From: Chthonomonadales bacterium
GTDB taxonomy: Bacteria > Armatimonadota > Chthonomonadetes > Chthonomonadales > CAJBBX01
Direction of reading: 5' to 3'
Assembly (NCBI GenBank): GCA_037443035.1
Contig: JBBIPC010000003.1
Coordinates: 122,951 to 186,950 of the forward strand
Length of the DNA stretch: 64,000 bases
Position 1 is the first letter of the stretch. Each line of letters begins with the position of its first letter. Both the position numbers and the translations under genes were made by a program. Shown in pieces: positions 48,870 to 59,844 of the stretch. The notes under the pieces are model-generated. The model did not search any database. It saw only the letters and a program-made list of their open reading frames with translations, and was not told the DNA's origin.

Positions 48870-48948
48870 CGGCTGACTAGCTCCGGAGGGACCGTCTCTG
48901 CGGAAGCCTGGAGGAGACGGCGTCCCTATGACCCTCGTGAGATGAGCA

Positions 48949-49323
48949 GTGCTACCCCGGGAGAATCGTCTACGACAGCGAAGAGACTTCAGCGCGACGT
49001 ACTCCCGTGGACGCCGGTTCGATCTGCCTTGTCTCGCGCTTTACGTGAGGCGAACGGACGCGGAGCGAGTTCGACTGGGCTTCACCGTCGGCCGTAAGGT
49101 GGGTTCCGCCGTCGTACGGAATCGGGTGAAACGTCTCTTGCGCGAGTCCTGTAGACTCATGCTGGATGCACTACGCCCGGGCTTCGATGGAGTGTTTGTG
49201 GCCCGGGCATGTCTGCGTGGCAAGTCCTACAACGAAGTACGAGCAATGGTGGCGGAGCTAGTCCAGCGTGCGGGTCTGATTGGCGGCAACAAGCGTAACG
49301 ATGGCATGGAGCACGAGAGGTGA
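48949..49323 (+). CDS. rnpA: Ribonuclease P protein component
   Basis: RLGFTVGRKVGSAVVRNRVKRLLRE (RNR motif); synteny with rpmH. Confidence 0.95.
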   Translation: MLPRENRLRQRRDFSATYSRGRRFDLPCLALYVRRTDAERVRLGFTVGRKVGSAVVRNRVKRLLRESCRLMLDALRPGFDGVFVARACLRGKSYNEVRAMVAELVQRAGLIGGNKRNDGMEHER

Positions 49324-49329
49324 CAATAG

Positions 49330-49536
49330 GTGCGGAGGCTGTGCATCGGACTGATCCGTCTATATCAGCGCACGTCGCGGTTTCGACCGGCCACTTGCCG
49401 TTTCACACCGACGTGTTCCGAGTACACGGCACAAGCGATCGAGAAGTATGGAGTGCTGCGAGGCATCATGATGGGTATCTGGCGCATTCTCCGCTGCAAT
49501 CCATGGAGCGGGGGCGGCAATGATCCGGTGCCATAG
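49330..49536 (+). CDS. yidD: Membrane protein insertion efficiency factor
   Basis: [24 protein letters not shown]. Confidence 0.95.
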   Translation: MRRLCIGLIRLYQRTSRFRPATCRFTPTCSEYTAQAIEKYGVLRGIMMGIWRILRCNPWSGGGNDPVP

Positions 49537-49593
49537 AGCGAGAGGGCCATACGGGGAAGTATCGTCCATGGATCCGGCTAAGGAGCCACAGAC

Positions 49594-50946
49594 TTGACGG
49601 AGAACAAGCACTGGCTGCAGGTGGCCCTGCGGCTATTCGCGCTGCTGGCGCTGCTGATCATGGGCGGCTTCGCGGTGACGCAGACGCCTGGACGAGACGA
49701 CGGCGGCCCGTTCGCCAAAGCTGCAGCACTGGAGAAAGCCGGTAAGCTGGACGACGCCGTCGTAGAGTATGACCGCGTCATCAAGGAGCTAGGCAGCAGT
49801 AATCTGCGGGTCACGACCGAAGCGCGATTCCGCAAGGCGGCGGTCCTTGCCAAGCTCAAGAGCCCCGATGACGTCCTCAACGAGTACGCGCAGATCGTCA
49901 AGGAGAACCGGGGTCGCGATGCCGAGCGAGCGGCAGAGGCACTCTATCTGGCCGGCAAGTATGCCTCGGACCCGGACTATCCGGGCACGGAGACCAAGCG
50001 GTCGCATGCGTTGGACCAGGCCTATCAGCTGTGGCGGCAGTTACGCGACGATTTCCCTGACACGGATGCTGCGCACCGCATAGTTGGCGAGAACGGTCCC
50101 ATGGCACGGCTCATGGACCGCATTGACAAACGCAACTCTGCCGACTGGAAGTACCAGGTCATTGACGCTCTCGTTCGCCTCAGCGGCAGGAATCCGTCCT
50201 ACAGCTACGCGTTGGCTCTCATCCTCTTGGCGGTAGCGGTGAAAGTGATTCTCCTACCGTTGACTCGGAAGCAATACGCTTCCATGCGCGAGATGCAACG
50301 CATGCAACCGCTGGTGAAGGAGCTTCAGAAGAAGTACAAGGGTGCTGAGCTGAACCAAAAGACCATGGAGCTCTACAAGGAGCACAAGGTCAACCCGTTC
50401 GCAGGGTGCTTCACAGGCCTGCTCCAGATTCCCTTCCTCATCCTGATCTTCAACGCCATCCGCGAGTACGAGATTGCGTTCGCCAGAGGCAAGTTCCTCT
50501 GGATCGGGAGTCCGCTGGCGGGTCATGGCCCGCAAATCATGGGTCAGCCTATCATCGGAGCGAATCTCGCCTCGCCCGACATCCTCTTGCTGGCCATCTA
50601 CGTCATCACGAACTATGTGACCATGCGCATGACGCCAGCCACGGATCCCCAGCAACAACAGCAACAGAATACGATGGCGCTCATGACGTCGGTCCTCTTC
50701 TTCTGGATGTTCCTGAGCTATAAGTGGTCATCGGCATTCGTGCTGTACTGGCTCGCTCTGAACCTGTTGTCTATCTGGCAGCAGTACGAGATGATCTACA
50801 AGCCCCATAGAGAGGCCGCGGCAGCAGCGGCTGCGAATGGAGCGGCGCCAGGGCTGCCGGCCAGCGCTCAGCCAGCTCCTGCTCCAGTGGATGCCACACC
50901 CAGTTCACCCCCTCAGCGGGTGCGCCCGCGCCGTAAGAAGAGGTAG
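49594..50946 (+). CDS. yidC: Membrane insertase YidC with a TPR-like extracytoplasmic domain
   Basis: VKVILLPL, SMREMQRMQP, MELYKEHKVNPFAGC, QIP, FLWI, LYW; synteny. Confidence 0.9.
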   Translation: MTENKHWLQVALRLFALLALLIMGGFAVTQTPGRDDGGPFAKAAALEKAGKLDDAVVEYDRVIKELGSSNLRVTTEARFRKAAVLAKLKSPDDVLNEYAQIVKENRGRDAERAAEALYLAGKYASDPDYPGTETKRSHALDQAYQLWRQLRDDFPDTDAAHRIVGENGPMARLMDRIDKRNSADWKYQVIDALVRLSGRNPSYSYALALILLAVAVKVILLPLTRKQYASMREMQRMQPLVKELQKKYKGAELNQKTMELYKEHKVNPFAGCFTGLLQIPFLILIFNAIREYEIAFARGKFLWIGSPLAGHGPQIMGQPIIGANLASPDILLLAIYVITNYVTMRMTPATDPQQQQQQNTMALMTSVLFFWMFLSYKWSSAFVLYWLALNLLSIWQQYEMIYKPHREAAAAAAANGAAPGLPASAQPAPAPVDATPSSPPQRVRPRRKKR

Positions 50947-50949
50947 GTC

Positions 50950-51489
50950 ATGTCCGAAGAGGAAAGCCGGACTGATTCGTCCGCAGACATTGACACCGAC
51001 ACCGTCGGTGTACATGCCCAGCCCAATCAGCGGGACCTCCAAGCGGTCGAGATCGTTCGATCCGTCTGCAAGGCCGGCGACTTCGAGGTGGTGCCGGAGA
51101 TTCGGTCCATCGAGGGAAGCTACCTTCAGGTGGAGCTTGTTGGGCCTGATGCCGAGAGGATTTTCAGCCGCAACGGCAAGATGCTGGATGCCCTGCAGTA
51201 CGTGATCAACCTCATGGTTGCGCGTCAACTCGGACCGGGGGTGCGCCTCCTTCTCGACGCCGGTGGGTATCGAGAGCGCCGCCGGGAGCTGTTGGAGAGC
51301 CTTGCGAGGAAGTATGCAGCGCTAGTGAAGGAGAAGCAACAGGAGTGCGAGTTCGATCCCTTGCCTCCCCACGAACGGCGGATCATTCACCAGCTCTTCA
51401 TAGATGACCCAGACGTCACGTCCTACAGCGAAGGCGAAGAGCCCGAGAGGAAGGTCATCCTCTCGCCACGTACAGCACCCGACGCATAG
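50950..51489 (+). CDS. khpB: Jag/KhpB RNA-binding protein (KH + R3H, no Jag_N domain)
   Basis: GKMLDALQY, LLDAGGYRERR, ERRIIH, SYSEGEEPERKV. Confidence 0.88.
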   Translation: MSEEESRTDSSADIDTDTVGVHAQPNQRDLQAVEIVRSVCKAGDFEVVPEIRSIEGSYLQVELVGPDAERIFSRNGKMLDALQYVINLMVARQLGPGVRLLLDAGGYRERRRELLESLARKYAALVKEKQQECEFDPLPPHERRIIHQLFIDDPDVTSYSEGEEPERKVILSPRTAPDA

Positions 51490-51495
51490 CCCCAG

Positions 51496-51578
51496 AAAAC
51501 AAAGCGCCCGCACCGTACTCTCGATGCGGGCGTCCATCTATGGAGATGGGAGTCCTTGAAAAGGAGGACATGCGCACC
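51496..51578 (-). ncRNA. Candidate small RNA (three hairpins, anti-SD segment, intrinsic terminator)
   Basis: Minus strand: GUCCU-CCUUUUCA-AGGAC, CCAUCU-CCAU-AGAUGG, CGCCCGCAUCG-AGAGUA-CGGUGCGGGCG-CUUUGUUUU; promoter-like GGAAC-N17-CGTA upstream. Confidence 0.6.
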
Positions 51579-51584
51579 AGGTTA

Positions 51585-51610
51585 TACGGCTCCCGACGCA
51601 GCCCCGTTCC
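51585..51610 (-). promoter_or_regulatory. ECF-sigma-type promoter
   Basis: GGAAC-N17-CGTATAA on the minus strand, preceded by an A-tract. Confidence 0.55.
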
Positions 51611-51738
51611 CGTTTTTGTAGTGAATCAAAATAATCTTTCGCTAGCGTGCTTTCTCTCCAGCCGCGCAGCTCCGCCGACGTCTCGGTCCGTGCGGTACAA
51701 TAGCTGCGGAGCAGGAAGTGTGAAGGGGACGGTGCTGA

Positions 51739-52689
51739 GTGGGGCATGACCACCACGATGTGGACCTGACGGACCGGCGCATGAAGCTGGCCATTGTCCT
51801 CACCGTGGGATTTGTGGCAGCAGAAGCATTGGCGGGATGGAAAGCCGGTAGTCTGGCTCTCCTCTCGGATGCCGGACACAACCTTACCGATGCCATGGCG
51901 CTAGGTCTGTCGGCTTTCGCCGTCTGGATCGCCCACCGTCCAGCGACAGAGCGTCGCACGTTCGGCTATCATCGAGTCGGCATTCTTACCGCACTGGTCA
52001 ATGCGGTGACGCTCGTGCTCATGTGCGGCCTTATCGTCGTGGAAGCCGTCCATCGCCTCCGGCAGCCTGAGCCCGTGGCGAGCGCATGGATGATCGGTGT
52101 GGCGCTGATAGCTCTCGTCCTGAATGGGACGATCACACTGATGTTCAGGAAGGCTGCTCACGGCGACATCAACGTGCGCAGTGCGTATCTCCATATGCTA
52201 TGGGATGCCGTTGCCTCGCTAGGCGTCATCCTCGCAGGCGTCATTGTTTCTCTGACAGGCAACGTCATCGCCGACCCCCTCGTCTCCCTGCTCATCGCCG
52301 CTCTCATCCTCTGGAGCACTTGGGGCATTCTCAGGGAATCGCTGGACATTCTCTTGGAAGCGACCCCTACGGGCGTGGAGTTGGCTACTCTGGAGAGCAC
52401 AATCCGAGGCGTTGCCGGCGTGTGCGATGTGCACGACCTACACGTGTGGACCATTTCCTCCGGAATACTGGCTGCGAGTTGCCATGTAACGGTGGCCGAA
52501 GGCACATCGGCCCGCACGGGACAGGCGCTGGCCGAGGAGGTCGGCCGGTCTCTGGAGACGCGATTCGGCATCACGCACACCACTGTGCAGGTGGAAGTGG
52601 ACGGCTGCGAGAGGTCCGATCGCCTCTGTACGCTGCGAAGAAACGGAGTCCAGCCGAATGGTGAGCAGGTGGCGCCAACGAAGCCATGA
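51739..52689 (+). CDS. czcD: Cation diffusion facilitator (CzcD/ZitB-like)
   Basis: His-rich N-terminus, SLALLSDAGHNLTD, TFGYHR, NVRSAYLHMLWD, VHDLHVW, HTTVQVE. Confidence 0.92.
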   Translation: MGHDHHDVDLTDRRMKLAIVLTVGFVAAEALAGWKAGSLALLSDAGHNLTDAMALGLSAFAVWIAHRPATERRTFGYHRVGILTALVNAVTLVLMCGLIVVEAVHRLRQPEPVASAWMIGVALIALVLNGTITLMFRKAAHGDINVRSAYLHMLWDAVASLGVILAGVIVSLTGNVIADPLVSLLIAALILWSTWGILRESLDILLEATPTGVELATLESTIRGVAGVCDVHDLHVWTISSGILAASCHVTVAEGTSARTGQALAEEVGRSLETRFGITHTTVQVEVDGCERSDRLCTLRRNGVQPNGEQVAPTKP

Positions 52690-53290
52690 GGGAGACGCGC
52701 GTAGCACTCTCTGGCGTGGAGACGGCCGCCGTGGCAACGGATGCGCCGAGGGTCGGTCTAGCGGAGCTGGCGTGGACATTCTTCATTATTGGTATCACAG
52801 GCTTCGGAGGCGGCATGGCCATCGTCGCACTCATCCAGCAGATCTGTGTTGAAAAGAAGCGCTGGCTGACGTCCGATGAGTTCGCCCATGGTGTCGCGCT
52901 GAGCCAGTTCCTCGGGGCCTTCACGGTCAACACGACAACGTTTGTCGGCTATCGCCTTCGCGGCCTGGCCGGAGCCATTGTGGCCGTGTCGGCGTTCTTG
53001 CTCCCGGGAGTCGCAGCCATCACCGTGCTGGCTGCGCTCTATTTCCGCTATCAACAGCTGCCGGCACTCCAGAGCATGCTGCACGGCATCGGTCCTGTTG
53101 TTGTGGCCGTGATACTCGCTGCCGCCTTCCGCATGGGGAAAGGGCGCATGGGCGATATCGAGTCCATACTCCTTGCCGCGATGGCGTTTGTCGCGCTGTA
53201 TGTGCTGTCGGTACCCGTGCTGGCTATCGTGCTGGGGCTTGTGGTCTACGGGTTCGGACGGAACGCCCTTGTTGGAGGCAGGGAGCCATC

Positions 53291-53294
<4 letters not shown>
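52686..53294 (+). CDS. Short-chain chromate transporter, first subunit
   Basis: GITGFGGG, WLTSDEFAHGVALSQ, GYRLRG..GA, AFLLP. Confidence 0.85.
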
Positions 53295-55253
<1,959 letters not shown>

Positions 55254-55281
55254 TAGGGCTTGCCCTCGTTCACACAAGGGA

Positions 55282-55315
55282 GAGGGAGGCTACCCGCGTG
55301 GGTCAGCCTCCCCTC
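55282..55315. terminator. Hairpin between convergent genes
   Basis: GAGGGAGGCT-ACCC-GCGT-GGGT-C-AGCCTCCCCTC. Confidence 0.55.
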
Positions 55316-55342
55316 GTCTAGCATGGAACCCTGACGTGTGCG

Positions 55343-56350
55343 TTACCAGGGTTCGTTGTGGCGAAGGACCTGGGCAAGGTCCACGGTGGCCTTGATCGCC
55401 ATGCTGCCGGCTCCCCCGATATCGCCGCTCGCCTCGAATTCCACTGTGCCCTTCATGTCTGCATACACGACGCGGTTCTTCGCAGGATCGTAGTAGGCTT
55501 TGCCGGTCATTGTCATGGTCATGGAGCCGATTTTCAGCTCGATCTGCATGCCGCCCTGTTCCGTGGTCGCGATCATATCGGAGCCTTTCGCGGAACCTCG
55601 CACTTCCAGTTCTACGCAGGGCGCTCCGTCTACGAGCGCGCCACCCAGCACTTTGTAGCTGTTCTTGATCTTCATGGGCTTCTTCAGCTCGATCTGCTGC
55701 ATGGTGGCGAGCTCAGTCTCGATGTCCCATGTGTCTCCAACCTTCAGGCCGCTTTGGCCGCTCCAGATGACAGGGAAGATGCCTTGGCTCACGGCATCCC
55801 GGAGAGCCTTCACCGCTTCGGCGTCGCCCTCGACCTTCGGACCCGCCTTGCCATTCTCATCTACGGTAATGACGACTTTCTTGCCAATGTGCTTGGTCGC
55901 TTGGGTGAACTGGGACGCCATGGGGTTGTCAGCGCCGCTTTCCGAGTCGTAGACGACTTGCCCGCCGGAAGTAACCTTGACCTTCGTGTCATCGGCGGTA
56001 ACCTCGGCAACCATCATGGGTGTATCTACGGTCTGCTTCATCTTGATGTGGTCGGTGACCATCTCCACTTTGGCAGGAACGCCAGCGTCAAGGACTTTGT
56101 ACGTAGCTCGAGCCCGTGTCGTACCACTCGTGGTGATGGTCATGTCCTGGCCGGCTACCTGCACTCCCACCACCGACTTCGTAGTCGTATACGTGGTGTA
56201 CGACTCTGTCTGGTCCTTGCTGAACTTGTACGCCACCGGCCCAGGGTCTTTGAAATCGGCAGGCTCGATCTTCGCCTTCTTCGCTTCCTGGGCCAGGCCG
56301 GCTGTTACAAGCAAGGTAAGCACAGGAATGACTGCAAACCGTCTCATCAT
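55343..56350 (-). CDS. Secreted beta-rich hypothetical protein
   Basis: SD AAAGGAG; signal peptide MMRRFAVIPVLTLLVTAGLA; strong codon bias; KVGDTW motif. Confidence 0.75.
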   Translation of the reverse strand: MMRRFAVIPVLTLLVTAGLAQEAKKAKIEPADFKDPGPVAYKFSKDQTESYTTYTTTKSVVGVQVAGQDMTITTSGTTRARATYKVLDAGVPAKVEMVTDHIKMKQTVDTPMMVAEVTADDTKVKVTSGGQVVYDSESGADNPMASQFTQATKHIGKKVVITVDENGKAGPKVEGDAEAVKALRDAVSQGIFPVIWSGQSGLKVGDTWDIETELATMQQIELKKPMKIKNSYKVLGGALVDGAPCVELEVRGSAKGSDMIATTEQGGMQIELKIGSMTMTMTGKAYYDPAKNRVVYADMKGTVEFEASGDIGGAGSMAIKATVDLAQVLRHNEPW

Positions 56351-56431
56351 GGTGATGCCCTACTCCTTTCGTGCATCCGGGACGCGTTTGGATGCCGCCA
56401 CGCGTCGGTTACGGATAGTGTTCCGGTGTCT

Positions 56432-56458
56432 TACGTCCTTCGGACGTCATGGGTTTCA
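56432..56458 (-). promoter_or_regulatory. ECF-sigma (SigW/SigM-like) promoter
   Basis: TGAAAC-N17-CGTAA on the minus strand, about 80 nt upstream of the start at 56350. Confidence 0.55.
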
Positions 56459-56499
56459 TGGCAGATTCCGGTGGGTCAGCCAGCAAGACTTCGTGTCGT

Positions 56500-58383
56500 T
56501 CACAGTTCGATGGCGCCGATATCTGCGGCGGAGCCGACTGGCCGCCATGTGCGGCGTTGATCCGGACCAGCGACTCCAACACGACGGCTCTCATGTTGCA
56601 CCGTGACTCGTACTGCGGGGCTGAGGCTCCCGGAGCTGAAACTGCCCCAGAACTCGTCGTTCAGACCAGCGGGGCCCAGCCTACCGGCGATCTCCGTATC
56701 TACATTGCGCCAGAATGCGATCCAGTCGGCGTTGCTCGGTTCCGAAGGCCATGTGACGCGCGGACCGTACCAGGTCGTGCCCGTCAGGTCGCCCCACTGT
56801 GAGCCGAACGACGGCCCTAGCACACTGCTATACAGCGAGCGAATGCGCTCCACCGCATGGTTCAGAAAGTCGTCGGTGCTCTGTCCGAAGCCCGTGTATC
56901 CCGCCCTGACATATCGAACCGTGTAGTTGCCGGGGACCCGGTCCGTTGCGAAGCCGATGGGAGGGTACCACAGGATCGCCGGCTGGCCAGCGTCTGTGCC
57001 GGCCGAGAGCAAAGATGCATGACGCTGTGCTCCCGCGACATCTACGGCCTGCGACACGGCCACGTTATCGCGGTCACCCTCCATCGGGTAATGTTTGCGG
57101 TTCAAGTCCATCCAGTCGGGCACTGGGACCAGAATCTGGGAGAAATCCAGCACGCCGAAGAGGTTGTAGCCCTGGCTGTAGAAACCGAGTAGCGAACCCA
57201 CGAACCAGTCTTCGGCGGTCCCGTTCAGGAGGTTGCCCGTCACAATGCTCTGGCGGACGATGACATTCTCGACCGTGTGGGCATTGCCGATTGTAGCAGC
57301 CACGCCGCCACCACCGACGTTGGGTTTGCCGCCGAATACCGCTGCGTGGCCTCGCACCTCGTTTTCGACTACCGTGCAGCCCACCATCGTGAGCGAGCCC
57401 CCACCCATGTAGACACCGCCGCCACGATAGTAGTGAGGTCCCGCCTCTGGCAGACCCGGGTGGTCCTCGACCAGGTTGCGGGCAACGGTGCAGCTCTCTA
57501 TCGTCATCGTTGCCAGGTTGTTCGGGCCACCGGAGAGGGTGAACACGCCGCCACCATAGGCGTGTTGGGCTGTAACCCGATTCCCGGAGATTGCGCACCG
57601 CACGATGCGGGTATCGTTACCCAGACTTCCGGCGTTATCTGCACCGCCCACGGAGTAGATACCTCCGCCGGCGGCGCCGTATCCTTCCGCCGTGTTGCCC
57701 ACAATGGTGCAATCCTCTAGGTCCAGCCCATTGGCGTAGATCCCGCCGCCGTAGGTGCCTCTATCGCGGCTGCCCTGGGTGTCGCCCTGGCAGCGATTGT
57801 CCGCGACGGTGCAATGGCGCATGACCAGGCGTCCCCAGACCGCGAGCCCTGCACCCCTCGCCAGCGTGAACGGTTGTGCGCCGCCAGTTATCGCCTCGGC
57901 CACCGACCGTCCTCCGAGAATGGTGACATTGTGCAAGGTGAGGTCACCATACATGGCCAGCACCCTAGCGGGTGTGCCAGAGTCTCCGCTCCATCGCAGA
58001 GTGATGCCGTTGGGCAGGCTGCCGGCGTCAATGGTCAAGGACTTGCGTCCATACAGGGCAGAACGGCCGTAGTCGCGGTCCTCGTAGCCACTGAAGGTGT
58101 TGCCCGCGTAGACTTCGCCTTTCAGGGACGTGTGCTCGTCAGCGATCAGCTTGAGTTCGATGATCGCGCCATCGAGCGACGGAGCGAAGGTAATGGTGTC
58201 ACCCGAACCGGCCTGGTCCATGGCCATTCTCAACGTCACGGCACCTGCAGGAGGAGTGGTCGTGTCTTCTGCACTCGTCACGACGATGGTCTTGCCGCTG
58301 CCACCCGAGCCGCAGCCCACGGTCCCTGCTATGGTCAGGATTCCCACGACGAGGCCGCCCAGCATTCCGAGTCTTGCCACCAT
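56500..58383 (-). CDS. Lipoprotein with beta-helix (GGGIY/GGGVY) repeats and a choice-of-anchor-Q-like C-terminus
   Basis: VG|C lipobox, VVTSAED...TLR.A, repeated GGG[IV][YF] and CT[IV]..N, C-terminal DQR..R....DIGAIE; SD AGGAG. Confidence 0.75.
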   Translation of the reverse strand: MVARLGMLGGLVVGILTIAGTVGCGSGGSGKTIVVTSAEDTTTPPAGAVTLRMAMDQAGSGDTITFAPSLDGAIIELKLIADEHTSLKGEVYAGNTFSGYEDRDYGRSALYGRKSLTIDAGSLPNGITLRWSGDSGTPARVLAMYGDLTLHNVTILGGRSVAEAITGGAQPFTLARGAGLAVWGRLVMRHCTVADNRCQGDTQGSRDRGTYGGGIYANGLDLEDCTIVGNTAEGYGAAGGGIYSVGGADNAGSLGNDTRIVRCAISGNRVTAQHAYGGGVFTLSGGPNNLATMTIESCTVARNLVEDHPGLPEAGPHYYRGGGVYMGGGSLTMVGCTVVENEVRGHAAVFGGKPNVGGGGVAATIGNAHTVENVIVRQSIVTGNLLNGTAEDWFVGSLLGFYSQGYNLFGVLDFSQILVPVPDWMDLNRKHYPMEGDRDNVAVSQAVDVAGAQRHASLLSAGTDAGQPAILWYPPIGFATDRVPGNYTVRYVRAGYTGFGQSTDDFLNHAVERIRSLYSSVLGPSFGSQWGDLTGTTWYGPRVTWPSEPSNADWIAFWRNVDTEIAGRLGPAGLNDEFWGSFSSGSLSPAVRVTVQHESRRVGVAGPDQRRTWRPVGSAADIGAIEL

Positions 58384-58422
58384 ATCAATCTCCTCTCCCT
58401 GGTGAGTTCGGTGCTTCGTCTC

Positions 58423-59589
58423 TCAGCCACCGAGTTCCACGCATCGTTTGCGGTAGTGCAGGTAGTTCTCCAGCGGCACTTCCTCTGGCACACCATGATC
58501 GCACGTGGGAATGTAACCACCTCGTTCCCGCATGGCAGGCAGGATGCGCTCCACCATCCGGTCTATATCGCCCTTCGTCTTCGCGAGAACACGCTTGTCA
58601 ATGCCACCGAACAGGACTAGCTCGGGGTACTGCCTGCCGATCTCCACAACGTCGCATCCCGCTGCCACCTCGAAGGGCGACATGACGTTCATGCCGATCT
58701 CCTGATAGACCGGTATGGCAGGACGGGCGTCCCCGTCGGTGTCAATGTGGATGTATAGCTTCCGCTTCCGGTCTACCTGGCGCGCCCGAACGTTGGAGAT
58801 AAGCTGCTGGTAGTACGGGAAGAGGAACTCGCGCATCATGGCAGGAGAGATGAGGAGGCCGTGGTTGTAACAGATATCCTCGGCGAAGAAGATCTCGTCG
58901 AGCGTGACATATTCCTGGTGTCGGGCAATGACGGCATCCGCCAGCTCGAACCATGCCTGCATGCACGCGTGAATCAGCTCAGGTTGGTCCATGAATGCAT
59001 AGAGGAGGTCCGCCGGTCCGATGAGGCTGCGCAGGTACATGTAGCCTCCGATGAGCCCCTGGCTGATCATCATGCCCTTGGCGCCCTCCTGCCTGGCCCA
59101 TGCCATGCGCTGCTCCAGGTCTGCGTAGCGCTCGGGTGAAGCAGGATCCAGGCGCCATCGGACATTCGTCTCCCAGCTCCGCATGTCCTTGACGGGATGA
59201 TCCAGGTACTCTGGCATGAAGCCGTCACGCCGGCCCTTGAAATACAGCACATGGCGACCGGCGTAGTCCTGGACGACTTCGTAGTCGCCCCGATCTTCCA
59301 CGACCTTGACCTCGAAGGCAGGCACGAAGGCCGCCTCGCACCAGCCCAACTGACCGAGGCCGATACTGCCAGGCGGGTCGTACTGAAACACCTCCGCCAG
59401 ATTGGCGTCGCGTGGAAGACCTTGCTCGTACCAGCGCTCTAGGCAGTAGTAACCGAACTCCCGCCGAACAAGCCGAGCGCCCGGCACACGGGCATAGGTA
59501 TCCCGCAGACGCCTAGCCGGTTCGCACATGGCCTCACGCGGCGGCAATGCACAGACCCCGCTGCTTGCGTCCGTTGCGCTGTCCATCAT
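58423..59589 (-). CDS. Uroporphyrinogen-decarboxylase/MtaA-like family protein
   Basis: FAEDICYNHGLLISP, HIDTDGD, PFEVAAG, GGIDKR, GGYIPTCDHGVP. Confidence 0.85.
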   Translation of the reverse strand: MMDSATDASSGVCALPPREAMCEPARRLRDTYARVPGARLVRREFGYYCLERWYEQGLPRDANLAEVFQYDPPGSIGLGQLGWCEAAFVPAFEVKVVEDRGDYEVVQDYAGRHVLYFKGRRDGFMPEYLDHPVKDMRSWETNVRWRLDPASPERYADLEQRMAWARQEGAKGMMISQGLIGGYMYLRSLIGPADLLYAFMDQPELIHACMQAWFELADAVIARHQEYVTLDEIFFAEDICYNHGLLISPAMMREFLFPYYQQLISNVRARQVDRKRKLYIHIDTDGDARPAIPVYQEIGMNVMSPFEVAAGCDVVEIGRQYPELVLFGGIDKRVLAKTKGDIDRMVERILPAMRERGGYIPTCDHGVPEEVPLENYLHYRKRCVELGG

Positions 59590-59844
59590 CTCTCCCTGGC
59601 CCATATCCCTGCTCGTCTCCGTGCTGCAGCCCTTCCCTCCGGCGCTGTGCGAACGTACAACGGCCGACGTTGCGCGAGCGCTGCCGCACGTCCTACCCGC
59701 TTCGCTGGCCAATCGCTCCCACGTAGGTGTTTTGTAGGACTTCGCTTCCAACGGTGCGAATTCCTGTATTGGCATGCACAAACCAGAGACGCGCATGCGG
59801 ATCGACGCGAATGGGAGGCTGATGATACCGGAACCGTGAAAGCG

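Noticed and set aside
48887..48927. Hairpin between rpmH and rnpA as a novel RNA
   Set aside because: Single imperfect stem without a U-tract; more likely an mRNA stability or partial termination element
51570..51749. Plus-strand 59-codon ORF after AAAAGGAGG
   Set aside because: SD-to-ATG spacing is only 2 nt, the product looks non-coding, and the terminator polarity favours a minus-strand RNA
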